From NCBI GenBank assembly GCA_951406725.2, contig OX597822.1, positions 21,948,001-22,012,000 on the forward strand: DNA of 64,000 nucleotides, written 5' to 3'. This stretch comes from Octopus vulgaris. Lineage: Eukaryota. Shown one piece after another: positions 50,878 to 64,000 of this stretch. A model generated the notes under the pieces. That model saw only the letters and a list, made by a program, of their open reading frames with translations. It made no database searches and was not told the DNA's origin. Numbering within the stretch: the stretch's first letter is position 1; each line of letters begins with the position of its first letter. Both the position numbers and the translations under genes were made by a program.

Positions 50878-52809
50878 TATATATATATATTCAGCATTTT
50901 TATTCTTTTATTTTGATCATTGGAATGCCACTCTGCTGAGGCAGACATTAAAAAAGGTGGTTTTTTTTACATGATTATAGCGAACCTATTTGTCTGATGT
51001 TTATTTTATTGTCCTTGTACAATTCAAAATGCAGTCAAGACTGACACAAGGAGAAATCACTTCACTGGTAACAAATAATAGCTGCAAATCTTGATTGCAT
51101 ATAGTTATAAATGGTAAAGACATTTGCTTCACAGCCAAGTAGTTTCCTGGTGAGTCCCACTGTGCAGCACTTTGAGCATATGTCTTCTTTAACAGGACCA
51201 GGCTGATGGAACCTCTGAGGAAGCTTATTGTATGTGCACATAGATACATTCATACTTATGTTCATATGCATGTGTACATTATATATGTATGTGTTTGTAT
51301 CTCACTGGTTAACAACTGCTATTGGTTTGTTTCTTCTAATAACTTATTGTTTCAGCAAAAAGAAACTAATAGAATAAGTTAAGTTAATTTTTTGGCTCAA
51401 AAAGCAAAAGCAAGGCCTTTTAGGGGGCCATGGAGTTATGTACAGTGAGAGTGTTCATGCAAAGAGTTCAGGCTATTTCTGGTCAAGATGATGTATGTCT
51501 TTGAGGAGATAAGGAGAAGAAGCTTGAATCCCGTACTCAAAAGTACCCAAATTACAAAAACATAGGTACTAGCATCAATTTGATTGACTAAACTATTCAA
51601 AGCCATGTCTCAGCATGGCCTAAGCCCATGGATTTCTTCATAGTTTATATCTACCAGATATGACAGAAAATATTTATCCAAAGTGTCATGCCATACAATT
51701 GAACCAAGGCCAGCAAGCTGCAAAATATGCCTGTCACCCATACAGCCATGTTCTCTTGCCTGCTCTCATAGATATGTTTATGAGAACTTATATATTGCAC
51801 TTTCTCAAGGATATTGCCTTCTTCACACCTAGACACATTACTCACCCTTTACATTTCCTATACTTCACTTCTAAATATTCCATTTATTTACAACATTAAC
51901 TACTTAAACATCATAGATTTGTAACATAAAAGTATATTTCTAATCGATAGCATTGTTTATAAACAATATCTCGCTTATGTTTTACTGATAGTAAGCAGTC
52001 ATCCTTGATTGCAAATATTGTACAAGAAAAATGTAATATTTGTGTGTGTGTGTGTGTGTGTGTGTGATAGCTTTATTTGGTTGGTACAGAGAAGAATTCT
52101 AAGAATGTATGTTGAATGTCTCAACATAAAACATAGAAATATAAATATCCAACACAAATACACACGTACACATATGTACACATTCAGTGATAAATATATA
52201 TATATATATATACAGCACACAAATACACACGTGCATATACATATAGTCATGTGTGTGTGTGTATGTATATGTGTATGTGTATATATATAGACAATATACC
52301 TGTGAATAATACTGAAATTTCTAAATACCTATTAAAGGAGAATAAATATCTCACATGAGAATATATAAAAAATATAATGGCCATGAAACTCAATAAAAAT
52401 TGCAGAAAAATCTAATTGAATCATAATAAAAAAAAATATTAGTACATAAACATATTTTCATAACTGCATCATTCAAAATGTAAATGCAAAAGAAATCATT
52501 GTTGTTTTAAGTGGCTTGTCTTGCAGATACATCATAAACAACAAAAATATTCTAGATAAACTCCAATATATTAATCACATATGCTTGTGTTACATCAGAC
52601 ATTGTGGTATTGGTTCTGAATTTCTGTTCAAAGAGATCATCAGCCATATCAACCATGCAAAGGTCAAGGACACGCCCTTGTGTTCTTGACAAAACCTCAA
52701 ACATATATCATCATAATTTTTACATTCGCTTTCTATGCTGGCATGAGTCAGACATGTCATCAAAGTGTGAGTCTTTTCTTATTGGGGGGCTAAAGTTGTT
52801 GTAGATGGT

Positions 52810-53184
52810 TCCTGTTGCTGTTGAGCGAAGCGGTCTTCGTCCCAGAGCTCGCAGTGGGAGAAGTCCGAATCATGGTCCTTTGCTATTCATAAGAGCCGCA
52901 GAAGAGAAAGCAGGTCAACCCCCAACACCGAGAGCATCGACAGATGGATGAATGTGCATCCAGGCTCAGCAGTTGCATGGGGATAAGAAACAGGAAGAAA
53001 GTGTGAGAGAAAGTTGGGGCGAAAGAGTACAACAGGGGTCACCACCAACCCCTGCTCAAGACTCGTGGAGCTTTATGTGTTTTTGCTCAATTAACACACA
53101 CAACGCCTGGTCTGGGAATCGAAACCACAATCCTCCGACTGCGAGTCTACTGCCCTAACCACTGGGCCATTGCGCCTCCACTTC
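52810..53184 (-). mobile_element. SINE family C with 11-bp TSD
   Basis: TTGTAGATGGT at 52799-52809 and 53185-53195. Head GGAGGCGCAATGGCCCAGTGGTTAGGGC, B box GGTTTCGATTCC, and an anticodon-loop-like CTCGCAG. Confidence 0.92.
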
Positions 53185-53693
53185 TTGTAGATGGTGCTCC
53201 AATGTGTCATTTTGCGTTTGGTTTCTAAAGCTGGATGCCCTTCCTTTCACCAATCACTTTATGGAGCATACTGGGTGTATTTTCTCATGGCAGCAGCACT
53301 AGAGATGTTGCTAAGGGATCAGCAAAACAGAATTAAAACGGCTCCATAACCCTATGCTTTTTCTGCCCATTTGCCATTTACTTTACAATGTTTAATGGGT
53401 GTATTTTTCATAGCGCTAGCATAAGGAGATTGCCAAGTCTTTGGTGAAATAGACTGAAGGGACCCCTTAATCACCACCTCCCCTTCACATATACATACAC
53501 ATTGTTGCATTTGTGTGAGCATCTATAAGTGTGTGTATGTTTGTGTGCATGTGAGTGTAAAACAGAAAGAAACATTAGCTATTTTTTACAGTTACATTGA
53601 TATGAAGGTTTGTTTTTGGTGTCTATCAATGGTTAGTTATGGTTTAGAATCTGGGTCTCTATTATACTAAGATAACTGTAACTAAACTTAAAT

Positions 53694-54070
53694 TGTGCTG
53701 CTCCGTCAGTTATGACAAAGATGGTTCCAGTTGATCTGATCAACAGAACAGCCTGCTCGTGAAATTAATGTGTAAGTGGCTGAGCACTCCACAGGCACGT
53801 GTACCCTTAACTAGGTTCTCAAGGAGATTCATCGTGACGCAGAGTGTCACAAGGCTGGCCCTTTGAAATACAGGTACAACAGAAACAGGAAGAAAGAGAG
53901 AGAGAAATTTGTGGTGAAAGAGTATAGTAGGGTTTGCCACCAACCCCTGCCAGATCCCCGTGGAGTTTTCAGCGTTTTCACTCAATAAACACAACACCTG
54001 GTCTGGGAATTGAAACCACAATCCTACGACCGCAAGTCCGCTGCCCTAACCACTGGGCCATTGTACCTCC
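53694..54070 (-). mobile_element. SINE family C with 13-bp TSD
   Basis: ACTAAACTTAAAT at 53681-53693 and 54071-54083, with the same tRNA-like head. Confidence 0.92.
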
Positions 54071-54249
54071 ACTAAACTTAAATAGGTTGTTATTGAACCC
54101 ACATACGTATATCTGTATAAGGTAGAGAAATCCTTTCTTAGAAGAACTAAGAAGCACCCATCTTGTTTAGTAGACATATCTAATGCTCACGTTCAATTCA
54201 GAGTTAATTTTCAAAAACTTTTCACTATTGATTATGACAAAGCCAAACT

Positions 54250-54395
54250 ACTTTCTACTCTAGGCACAAGTCCCGAAATTTTGGGGGAGGGAGCCAGTTG
54301 ATAAGATCGACCCCAATATGCAGCTGATACTTAATTTATCGACCCTGAAATGATGAAAGGCAAAGTTGACCTTGGCAGAATTTGTATTCAGAATG
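54250..54395 (-). mobile_element. SINE family B fragment
   Basis: Reverse complement of CAAATTCTGCCAAGGTCAACTTTGCCTTTCATC...GGGTCGATAAATTAAGTA. Confidence 0.75.
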
Positions 54396-54849
54396 CCAAT
54401 ATATGTATATTAACACACTAAATTTATTCTTCACAAAGTTACAGGTTGTTCCTTCCCTAGATGGTTATTTTTATGTGGTCCTATGTTTTACTTTTCATTC
54501 TGAGTATGTATCTTAATACACCAACCAGGTAATTCTTAATTATTGATAGGTGCTCTACTCCTGCTATTCCTCTCCCAGCTTCAGTTGTTTGCAGAAGGAT
54601 GAACAAGTAACAGCTTGCTTGTTCATTTGTGTGTGTGTGTGTGTGTGTATTCTTATTTCATCTTTTTCTCCTTTCTTCTGTCCACTCTAATCCTTGTGTG
54701 TGTTGATTATGTTATTTTTTTGTATGCACCAACACTTCCTTCACTCTTATGTCTCCAGCTCATCCATCTACCAGTTGCCGACTTGCCATGTGTGTGTGTG
54801 TGAGACAAGAATCCCTTTTTAGTTTCCTCTTTCTTTTCTGTCCACTCTT

Positions 54850-55100
54850 CTACTTTCTTCTTCTTCTTACAGCATTCACCCGGGGTGGGTTGAGCTGCTT
54901 CATTCATCCTCAATGCTGCATCTCTCACAAACGCCAACCAGGCCTGGCGATTTGAGGCTAATGACCGCGTGATCTCCAACCACTCCTTATCCCAGCAGCG
55001 AATGCCGTTGATATGGGGCCTAGGTTGGGTTCCAGATCAGCCTTGACTGACATCAGCCAGATTTTTCGTTGTCCACCACATCTTTTTCCACTCTTCTTAA
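54850..55100 (-). mobile_element. 3' end of another RTE-like LINE
   Basis: Translates as ..LEITRSLASNRQAWLAFVRDA.. and is followed by a (GAA)n tail. Confidence 0.55.
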
Positions 55101-55221
55101 ACAGACTCAATACTTGTGCTTGTGTGTGCATTTGCTTTTCTCAGCTGACTTTAGCCAAAAGTCAACTTATAAGTTGATCTAGTCATGTATCCCAGTCTAT
55201 TTGTAATCACAGTGAAATATT

Positions 55222-55450
55222 ACTCTTTACTCTCTCTTTTACTTGTTTCAGTCATTTGACTGTGGCCATGCTGGAGCACCGCCTTTAGTCAAGCAAATCG
55301 ACCCCAGGACTTATTCTTTGTAAGCCTAGTACTAATTCTATCGGTCTCTTTTTCTGAACCGCTAAGTTACGGGCACATAAACACACCAGCATCGGTTGTC
55401 AAGTGATGTTGGTGGGGGGGACAAACACAGACACACAAACATACACACAG

Positions 55451-55503
<53 letters not shown>

Positions 55504-55698
55504 CATACATATATATATATACATATATATATATATGACGGGCTTCTTTCAGTTTCCGTCTACCAAATCCACTCACAAGGCTTTGGTTGGCCTGAGGCTA
55601 TAGTAGAAGACACTTGCCCAAGGTCCCATGCAGTGGGATTGAACCCAGAACCATGTGGTTAGTAAGCAAGCTACTTACCATACACCCACTCCTATGCC
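55222..55698 (-). mobile_element. SINE family A, full length, young
   Basis: Head with GGGTTCAATCCC B box, body AAAGCCTTGTGAGTGGATTTGGTAGACGGAAACTGAAAGAAGCCCGTC, internal (TA)/(TG) tract, and tail GCGGTGCTCCAGCATGGCCACAGTCAAATGACTGAAAC. Confidence 0.92.
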
Positions 55699-55872
55699 TA
55701 TCATTGAGCTTCCAGTTTTTTTTCCTATCTAAAAACCAGCCACATCTTAAGAAAACTGCATGCCACTACATCAGTCTAAATAAACTACTATATTTCATTC
55801 TGCTACAGGCTACAGTTTAAGTGTTTTCTTCTTTGTAAAACCCATTATATATATATATATATATATATATAT

Positions 55873-56465
55873 AGGTCCCGGGTTGAGTCGGGGTTAACCA
55901 CAGTAAATAAGGTACTCAATACATAGCAGAGTAAATTAATTTATTATATAGAAGGAGCTTCTACAGGACTAGAACTGTTACATTCAAAAGAAATCATCAG
56001 GAAGCTAGTAGACAAGAGTTGTTTTGGCATTTATACATTTAGGCAGGTTTAAATGGGTGGTGGTGGGGGACTTTTTTGGGGGTAGGCATGGCACAAAACT
56101 ATCATTATTAGGGGAGTGGTCAAAGGAATCGGTGGTAAAGTAGATAAAAGAATAAATAAAAGAATAAAAGAATAAATAGAAAAATAGAGTTTTAGGTAAG
56201 TAAGGAGACTCTCACTTGTACATCTACATATATATATATATATATTTCTTTTATTTATTCTTTTATCTACTTTACCACCGATTCCTTTGACCACTCCCCT
56301 AATAATGATAGTTTTGCGCCATGCCTACCCCCAAAAAAGTCCCCCACCACCACCCATTTAAACCTGCCTAAATGTATAAATGCCAAAACAACTCTTGTCT
56401 ACTAGCTTTCTGATGATTTCTTTTGAATGAAACAGTTCTAGTCCTGTAGAAGCTCCTTCTATATA

Positions 56466-56470
<5 letters not shown>
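55873..56470. mobile_element. Fold-back element with paired hammerhead folds
   Basis: ~230-bp arms at about 55940-56165 and 56245-56470 are near-perfect reverse complements. (TA)n lies on both flanks and at the inner junction. Confidence 0.88.
56404..56454 (+). ncRNA. Type I hammerhead ribozyme, intact core
   Basis: AGCUUU-CUGAUGA-U UUC(uuuu)GAA U-GAAA-CAG(uucuaguc)CUG-UA|-GAAGCU, with predicted cleavage after 56448. The minus-strand twin at 55956-56006 has GUAA in place of GAAA. Confidence 0.8.
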
Positions 56471-56491
<21 letters not shown>

Positions 56492-56496
<5 letters not shown>

Positions 56497-57228
56497 AATA
56501 CAATAGTATCCCTTTCCAGCTAATAAAGCACCGTAAAGGTAGAATTATAAATAAGAAACAAGGCACCAATTTTTGCTGGAAAAAGCAGTCAATAATGATA
56601 CAACACTATGTAAAGCTTCAATGAAATATATACTGGCAGAGAGGTATGCAAGCAGCGAACTTAAAAAATTTTTGCCGTACCTGTAGGAAGAACATCGTAA
56701 AAATGGACAACCCAGAATGGATAACCTAGGACATGAGTTTCAGACTTTCCAAAATATGGTTGTTATTGTAAATTTGATTAGTTCTCATCAGCTAGATTCA
56801 CCTGTGATGAAATTTAAAAATATTGCTACATCTTTCTAGTGTATTTGGCTGAATGCCTAGCCATTAACAACTGAGATCAATGAAAAAGTTTGCTACAAAA
56901 ATTTTAAATATCATTGCAATACAATAATATCACTTTCCAGCCATTTTTACAATGTAGTACACTGGTAAAATGCTGTGTAGTCATTCATTATAAATCATTC
57001 AAGGTATAAAATGCACATCCTCAGGTGATTGTTGAAATAAGTTGTTCATTAGATCCAGCCATTATTACGATATTCTTCCTAGAGGTAAGATGAAAATTGT
57101 TTAAGTTCACTGCCCACATATATCTTTGCCAGAATATATTTCAGGGAAGCTTTACATAGCGTCGTATTGGTATCAACTGCTATTTCCAGCAAACATTGGT
57201 GCCTTGTTGTACCACTAGTTCTTATTTA
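56492..57228. mobile_element. Older fold-back composite carrying hammerhead motifs
   Basis: Diverged inverted arms at about 56549-56706 and 57059-57228. A 29-bp direct repeat occurs at 56492 and 56913. Segment 56942-57055 is homologous to 58443-58555. Confidence 0.65.
56723..56798 (-). ncRNA. Type I minimal hammerhead ribozyme, intact core
   Basis: AAUCUAG-CUGAUGA-imperfect stem II-GAAA-CUCAUG-UC|-CUAGGUU, with a 7-bp stem I and a GUC triplet. Confidence 0.7.
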
Positions 57229-57935
57229 CACACACACACATACATATAGGTATGGTAATACAAACAGGAAAAATACGACTCAGAATATGAGTATATGTAT
57301 ATTTTTATTAATATTTAGAAGAAGCAGCAGAGGGACTCAAGAGCCAAGGGTTTTGTGAACTTATAATAAATGCTAATGTGCTAACACAAGAAACTCTAAG
57401 ATTTTGAGTTATTCTATTGCTTCTGCTAAATATTAAATATATAATGGCGGTGCCCCAGCATGGCCACAGCTCGTGAGCTGAAACTAGATTTTAAAAAATA
57501 AATAAAAATATATGCACACACACATGCATACACATGTGTATATGAGAAATTATGTTAAATACAAGTTTATATCATTTGTTCCTATGTGCATTTCATTGTT
57601 GAGGTTATTTGGAACTTTACATTGAATGTTTCCGGTGCAATTGGATGCTTAACAGCAATGTATTATTAGGGAATGTTTTATTATATTATGTTACAGTGAA
57701 TTAATAAATGGTTCCAAACAATTTGAATGTTGAAACATTCATAGAAACTGATTATATAAACTTGTTTATCTTTCTTGCTCATACATGTACCCCATATTTC
57801 ATTTCCTTATTAGTAATACTTCTTAGGATAGGAGTTATTTAAATACTATGCTGGAAACAGACTGGAATATGATACTCTACATTGAGCTGTAAGCATAATA
57901 GTAACAGTCATACATCTATTTGTACACGCAAGATA

Positions 57936-58323
57936 TCTATTATATAAAATCCATTCTGTCTGTGTGTGTGTCATCAAGGATCTCAGACATACTCCATCCA
58001 ATTGCACTCAAATTTGTTATGTAGATATCAACAGTATCAGGGTGTGTATAAGTCTTGAAAAAATTACAAAAATCTATTCCAGGTGAGAATGCGATCGATA
58101 AAGCCGTGGAAATGTGCATTTGTACTCGCAAGTACATCAGCTGTTGCGATTGATACTATGCATATGCAAGAAAAATGCATATGCAGTTTGCGCAAAAAAC
58201 GCCGGTTGGCTTGAAATAATACCACAAAATGGGATGGTTGGACAAGTTGTTTTGAGAAAATTTGGTTTAAATGTTTGACAACTCAGCACTGTCTATTGGA
58301 GGAAGGGGGCCTTTTGCTCATAC

Positions 58324-58325
<2 letters not shown>
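57936..58325 (+). mobile_element. Non-autonomous Helitron, 5' portion
   Basis: A|TCTATTATATAAAATCC..CTGTCTGTGTGTGTG start, with the same architecture as the 5' ends at 50877 and 33857. No 3' CTAG was found. Confidence 0.6.
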
Positions 58326-58360
<35 letters not shown>

Positions 58361-58420
58361 TGAGAGAGAGAGAGAGAGAGAGAAATGATACAAAATGGAA
58401 TGAATGACGTTTTTATTTAA

Positions 58421-58528
58421 AATTACTACAATTGTTTCAATACATTTTTACACCTGTAGTACATTAGTTAAATGCTGTGTAATCATTATCAATCATTCAA
58501 GGTGTAAAATGCACCTCCTCAGGTGATT
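58421..58528 (-). ncRNA. Type I hammerhead ribozyme with long stem II, intact core
   Basis: AAUCAC-CUGAGGA-GGUGCAUUUUACACCU...AGGUGUAAAAAUGUAUU-GAAA-CAAUUG-UA|-GUAAUU. Stem II is about 16 bp and stem III is the palindrome ACAAUUGU. Confidence 0.8.
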
Positions 58529-58787
58529 GTTTAAATAAGCTGTCCATTAAGTCCTACTGTTATTTCACTCAGTGTGAGAATATGTTACTTACTAAATGTC
58601 CTGCTACAGAATATACATCTGGAATTTCACAGTATCCATAGTGTTTATTTAAATAGATAAATTTTAGAAAATGGAATAAGCATTTCCACTGTATGATGAC
58701 ATCAGGTAACCAATAACTATGAAAGAGCCTTGCATAGCATTCTACACAGCTTTAACCTGAATTTTATTTAACTATATGTATATGTGT

Positions 58788-58966
58788 GTAAAGCACCTGC
58801 TACACTCTCGGAGTGGTTGGCATTATGAAGGGCATCCATCTGTAGAAACATTACCAGATTAGATTGGTGACTGGTGCAGCAGCTGGCTTTCCAGACCGCA
58901 GTTAAACCGTCCAACCCATCCCAGCATGGAAAACGAATGTTAAACAATGATGATGATGATGATGAT
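58788..58966 (+). mobile_element. RTE 3'-UTR fragment with (GAT)n tail
   Basis: Matches 29138-29317. More diverged copies lie near 4280, 16400, 38150, 49960, 59530 (minus) and 60740. Confidence 0.85.
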
Positions 58967-59062
58967 ATATATTTTAGATATTAGATAATAAAGCGAATGG
59001 TTTACACTTGTTGACTCACTGATAAAGTACGGTCACTTTCAGTGTTCATTATGTATTAACCA

Positions 59063-59123
<61 letters not shown>

Positions 59124-61943
59124 CTATATATATATACATATATATAAAGCAGTTGCCCCATGGGGTTTCCCATCCCATTTGGTTGCTGTATTTTTTTGTC
59201 ATCATTTCTGTCATTGTAAAAAAAGTGAGTAGAACAGAATCAGTGTGATAAGAGTGAGAGGGTGACAGAAATAAGAGATAGACAGTAAATAGAAGAATGA
59301 AAGGATTGTGGAAGAAGGAGAAAGAAAGAGTAATAGAACAGAGAAAAAAGTGGGATGGAAAAATGAGAGAGAGAGAATATGAGAGAGGGTGATGGAAGAA
59401 AGAGACAGCTCCATAAGAGCAATTGGTCAGATTATATAGAAACAACATTAACGAGTAGATGATAGAAGGAGAAGTGATGCAAGAAAAGCAGAGTGATTGG
59501 GTGATACCATCATCATTATCCTTATCATCATCAGCAGCAGCAGCAGCATTTAACATCCGTTGTCCATGCTGGCATGGATTGGATGGTTTGACCGGGCTGG
59601 CACACTGGAAGGTTGCACCAGACACCAGTCTGATTTTGCATGGTTTTCTACAGCAGGATACCCTGAGTGTAATGGGTACTTTTGCATGCTACTGGCATGG
59701 GTGCCATTTGTGTGACACCAGGGTGTTTTTACATGCCACTGGAATGGGTGCCAATTTGCATGATACCAGTATCTGCCGTGACTGCAATTTTGCTCAGCTC
59801 AACAGGTCTTCTTCTCAAGCATGATATCATGCCAAAGGTCTTGGTCATTGCCTCTGTGAGGAACTCAGCTATTTTGCCTCTGTGTGACCCAATGCTTGAA
59901 AGCACCCCAAAAAACACAAAAAAAAGCCAGGGTAATAGGTATGAGAGGATGATACAGGAGATGATAGTGAAAGAGAGATACACTCTCATGATGGGTTGCT
60001 GTCTTTTACCCTCACTCTCCCATTTTTCTATCAACTCCTCTTTCTTGCTCTTACTCTCTTATTTTCCCATGCTTGCATAGGTCAGACAAGATTTGTTGAG
60101 ACAGATTTTCTCAAGCTAGATATGCTTCCTCATAGCAATCCTCATCTCTTTCCGAGCAAGCAAATATTTCTTTAGTCCATTAAACATGACCAGCTGGACA
60201 TGCTTGCATGGATGATTGCAAATGAACAACATCCCTTGTATGATGATGATGATGACGCATATATACAATAATGAAGTCAAGGTAAGAAGACATGAAGACA
60301 CATCTACCTGCATGCATACAATCACACACACACACATATCTACAACAGGATTTCTTCAATTTCCTTGTACAAAATCCAAATGCAAGGTTTTGATGTGCCA
60401 TACAGTGGGAGTGAACTCAAAACCATGTTTGCAAAGTGAATTTGCTACCTCGTAACCATGCTCATACCAGTGTGTTTGTGTGTGTGTGGGGGGAAGATGT
60501 AGTTTGCTTCCAAAACACAAGACCTACTGCTTGGCACCTTTAGCCTGACCAAAACTTGTGAGTGGAATTGCTAGATGGAAACTGAAAGAATCCTGCTATG
60601 TGTGTGTGTGTGTGTGTCTCCTTGTCTTGACACCACATGATATTTGTAAATGAGTGTCACTGTCATACAAGCAGAGTCATTCATTTCTAATAGCCCAAGT
60701 GGTGGGGAAATATATTACCTTGAACAGAAACATGTGAGAATAGGTGACAAGAAGAGCACCTGGTCATAGCAAATCTTTCTCAATAAACTCCATCTGACCC
60801 ATGCAAGCATGGAAAAGGGTGTGTTAAAATGATGATGAGGCTGATGAATATATATGTACACAAACACTCATGCACACACATACATATATATATGCAGATA
60901 GACACTACAGAATATATCAAAGTATAAACTATCCAGCAAGAGTATACACATCTATCTTCAGAATTATTTCTTGGTGCTAATGAGTGAATGGTGGTAAGGA
61001 TGGAGTAGATAAGAAGTGTGTATGGGCAGATGAAAGAAACAGAATCATAATCATTTTACTTTTAAGAAATATAAAAATGAAAAACATACATCAACAAACA
61101 GTATTATAAAAATAGATTAAAATGACTGACAAAGAAAATAAATGAAAAAAATAAAATAATAATAAAATAAAAGACGAAAATTACAGAATCTTGAATATCC
61201 TAAGATGGCTTTTTTCATGTTACATTACAGTCTATAATTAATTTGGATTTACAAAGTTACCTGATATAAATGTGCTTCAACAGGCAATATTAGTTGCCGT
61301 CTGTCTATTTGTCTACCTGTTTCTCTGTTCATCTAGCTTTATGTATATGTGTGTAAACACACACACATTACATGAACAAATACTTACTAACATATATATA
61401 TATATATATATATAGATAGATATATAGATATAGATATAGATATATATATAGGTATAGATATATACACACACACATATTATACAAGCATATACAATCTATG
61501 TATACGTATATACACATTATATGTCTCTATGTATGGCTGTATGCAGGTATATACAAGGGAGTTTTGAATGTGTCTATGCATATCAGATAGTATTGACGAA
61601 CACATAAATTCAAGAAAATTGTACTTCTCATTTTATGTCTACTAAAGTCATTTCTATATACAATTATATAACTTTTATGAAATGTGGACCTGTATACATC
61701 ATTAGATATTTCCTTATTGCATGAATTTATCAATGCATTTCTCTCTCTATGTACTAATTTTATCAATTTATCACTTTGTTTATGTATCTACGTATATGTA
61801 TACATAGATACATACATACATATATGGGTGTGTGTGTGTTTGTATGTATATACTATTATATATGTATGCATATAGTGCTCTGGCATGGCTGCAGTCAAAT
61901 GACTGAAACAAATAAATGAGTTAAAGAGTATATGTATGTAAGC

Positions 61944-61984
<41 letters not shown>

Positions 61985-62049
61985 CATATATGTATATATA
62001 CATGTATATGTATAAATTATATGTGTATAAATATATATGCATGTATGTA

Positions 62050-62102
<53 letters not shown>

Positions 62103-62184
62103 ATATGTATATGTGTTTGTATGTATATATATATCATCTCTGTTTATGTATGTGTACATAAGTATTAGGAACAGCTTTCACTTC

Positions 62185-62219
<35 letters not shown>

Positions 62220-62272
62220 TATTATAAGTGATGAAGGAAACAGAAGATAGATTTACCACTAGTCTTTATTCA

Positions 62273-62307
<35 letters not shown>

Positions 62308-62512
62308 TATATATAATGTGTGTATGTACATCATGTAATCTATATAATGTGTACAGAAACACAAAGAAAAACATACATACATACATATGTATTCACACAT
62401 CCAAACATTCATAAATCAGTCTACAGACTTAGGTGATAAATATAGATGCATATAATATATTATATATGCATTTAAAAATTATATAGACATGTACACGTGT
62501 ATTGATATTTAC

Positions 62513-62546
<34 letters not shown>

Positions 62547-62769
62547 CCACATATATATATATATACATATATATATATTTATACAGACACACACAGATAT
62601 ATGCACATACACAATTCTTACAAGGAGATGAATTGATAAATATAGATATGTATGTGTATTCTTTTATATAAATGTCTGCATATCTTTATGTCTGTATGTG
62701 TTGAAAATGTATAATATAGAACACAATATATTCATTTACTTCAAATATCTATCAAGTCATCTCTCTCTT

Positions 62770-62824
62770 TCACTTTGTTTGTGTGTGTGTATGTGTGTGA
62801 GCGTGTGTATATATATATATACAC

Positions 62825-62865
<41 letters not shown>

Positions 62866-62920
62866 TATATATATATATATATGCATATATATATATATAT
62901 GTCATATATATATATATATA

Positions 62921-62961
<41 letters not shown>

Positions 62962-62963
62962 TA

Positions 62964-63034
<71 letters not shown>

Positions 63035-63062
63035 TATATTTATATAGATATAAATATGAGTG

Positions 63063-63106
<44 letters not shown>

Positions 63107-63129
63107 TATTTATATAGATATAAATATGA

Positions 63130-63180
<51 letters not shown>

Positions 63181-63653
63181 TATTAAAAAAAAATATATAT
63201 ATAGATATAAATATGAGTGTGCTTGTATCTCCCAGTGAAATTTAACTGTTAACTATACATATATATATATATATATATATATAGGTATATATACATGCAT
63301 ATATACATACATGTGTGTATGTGCTTAGAAACATCTTTCCATGGGTAAGGACAGAGAATTGATGTTGCATCTGAAAGTAGTCGCCATAATTTTATTTTAC
63401 CAATAGAAAAATTGTTGTAAATTCCCAAAAGAAAGTAAAAAGCATAATTATCTGTGAATATGTTTCTGAATATTTTGCCTCTATTTAAATGTGTGACTTT
63501 GTTTCACGATATATATATTACATGCATAAATATATACATGCACACATACACATAAGTATATGTATGTAAATATGTGTGTGTATATATAGATTATTATTTT
63601 AATATATATATGCAGTATTTATATACAATTGTACATGTGTATATACACATACA

Positions 63654-63692
<39 letters not shown>

Positions 63693-63721
63693 GTGTGCGT
63701 ATTTGTATGTACATATATATG

Positions 63722-63755
<34 letters not shown>

Positions 63756-63847
63756 GTATTTATATACAATTGTACATGTGTATATACACATACATACATA
63801 TATATATATATATACATATGTGTGCGTATTTGTATGTACATATATAT

Positions 63848-63899
<52 letters not shown>

Positions 63900-64000
63900 A
63901 TACATGTATATATATGTATGAATATATCAGCATAATATATATGTACATATACATATATCTGTAAATATATATTGATGCATACATATGTGTATGTATACAT
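62770..64000. repeat. (TA)n-dominated compound microsatellite with higher-order duplications
   Basis: TATAGATATAAATATGAGTGT occurs three times (63041-63220), and a ~140-bp unit is duplicated at about 63609 and 63749. Confidence 0.9.

Noticed and set aside
53105-53180. tRNA gene candidates at the SINE C heads (also 10202 and 54000)
   Set aside because: They continue into shared SINE bodies, two with TSDs, and lack a complete acceptor stem. They are SINE heads, not tRNA genes.
58672-58712. Minus-strand CUGAUGU...GAAA motif
   Set aside because: A9 is altered and stem I cannot form.

Overview
AT-rich, microsatellite-saturated animal genomic DNA, intronic or intergenic. No host protein-coding exon could be supported, and most entries in the ORF track are translated simple repeats. 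The SINE and LINE content suggests an octopod cephalopod (inference only). The window holds one young, 5'-truncated RTE-clade LINE with an uninterrupted endonuclease-RT frame (25891-28692) and a C4HC3 PHD-type finger inserted inside the RT. It also holds decayed RTE, CR1-like and R4/Dong-like LINEs, mariner, Tc1, pogo and hAT DNA transposons, Helitron pieces, three tRNA-type SINE families and many RTE 3'-end fragments. The most striking signal not explained by the ORF track is a set of at least six sequence-unrelated elements, mostly non-coding, several of them fold-backs, sitting in or beside (TA)n tracts. Each carries a type I hammerhead ribozyme fold (CUGANGA...GAAA...NUH) with a very short or palindromic stem III, as in Penelope-like element pseudo-LTRs and retrozymes. 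One still has a Penelope-type C-terminal coding remnant and was itself interrupted by the young RTE. All folds were derived by eye; none has been computed or tested.
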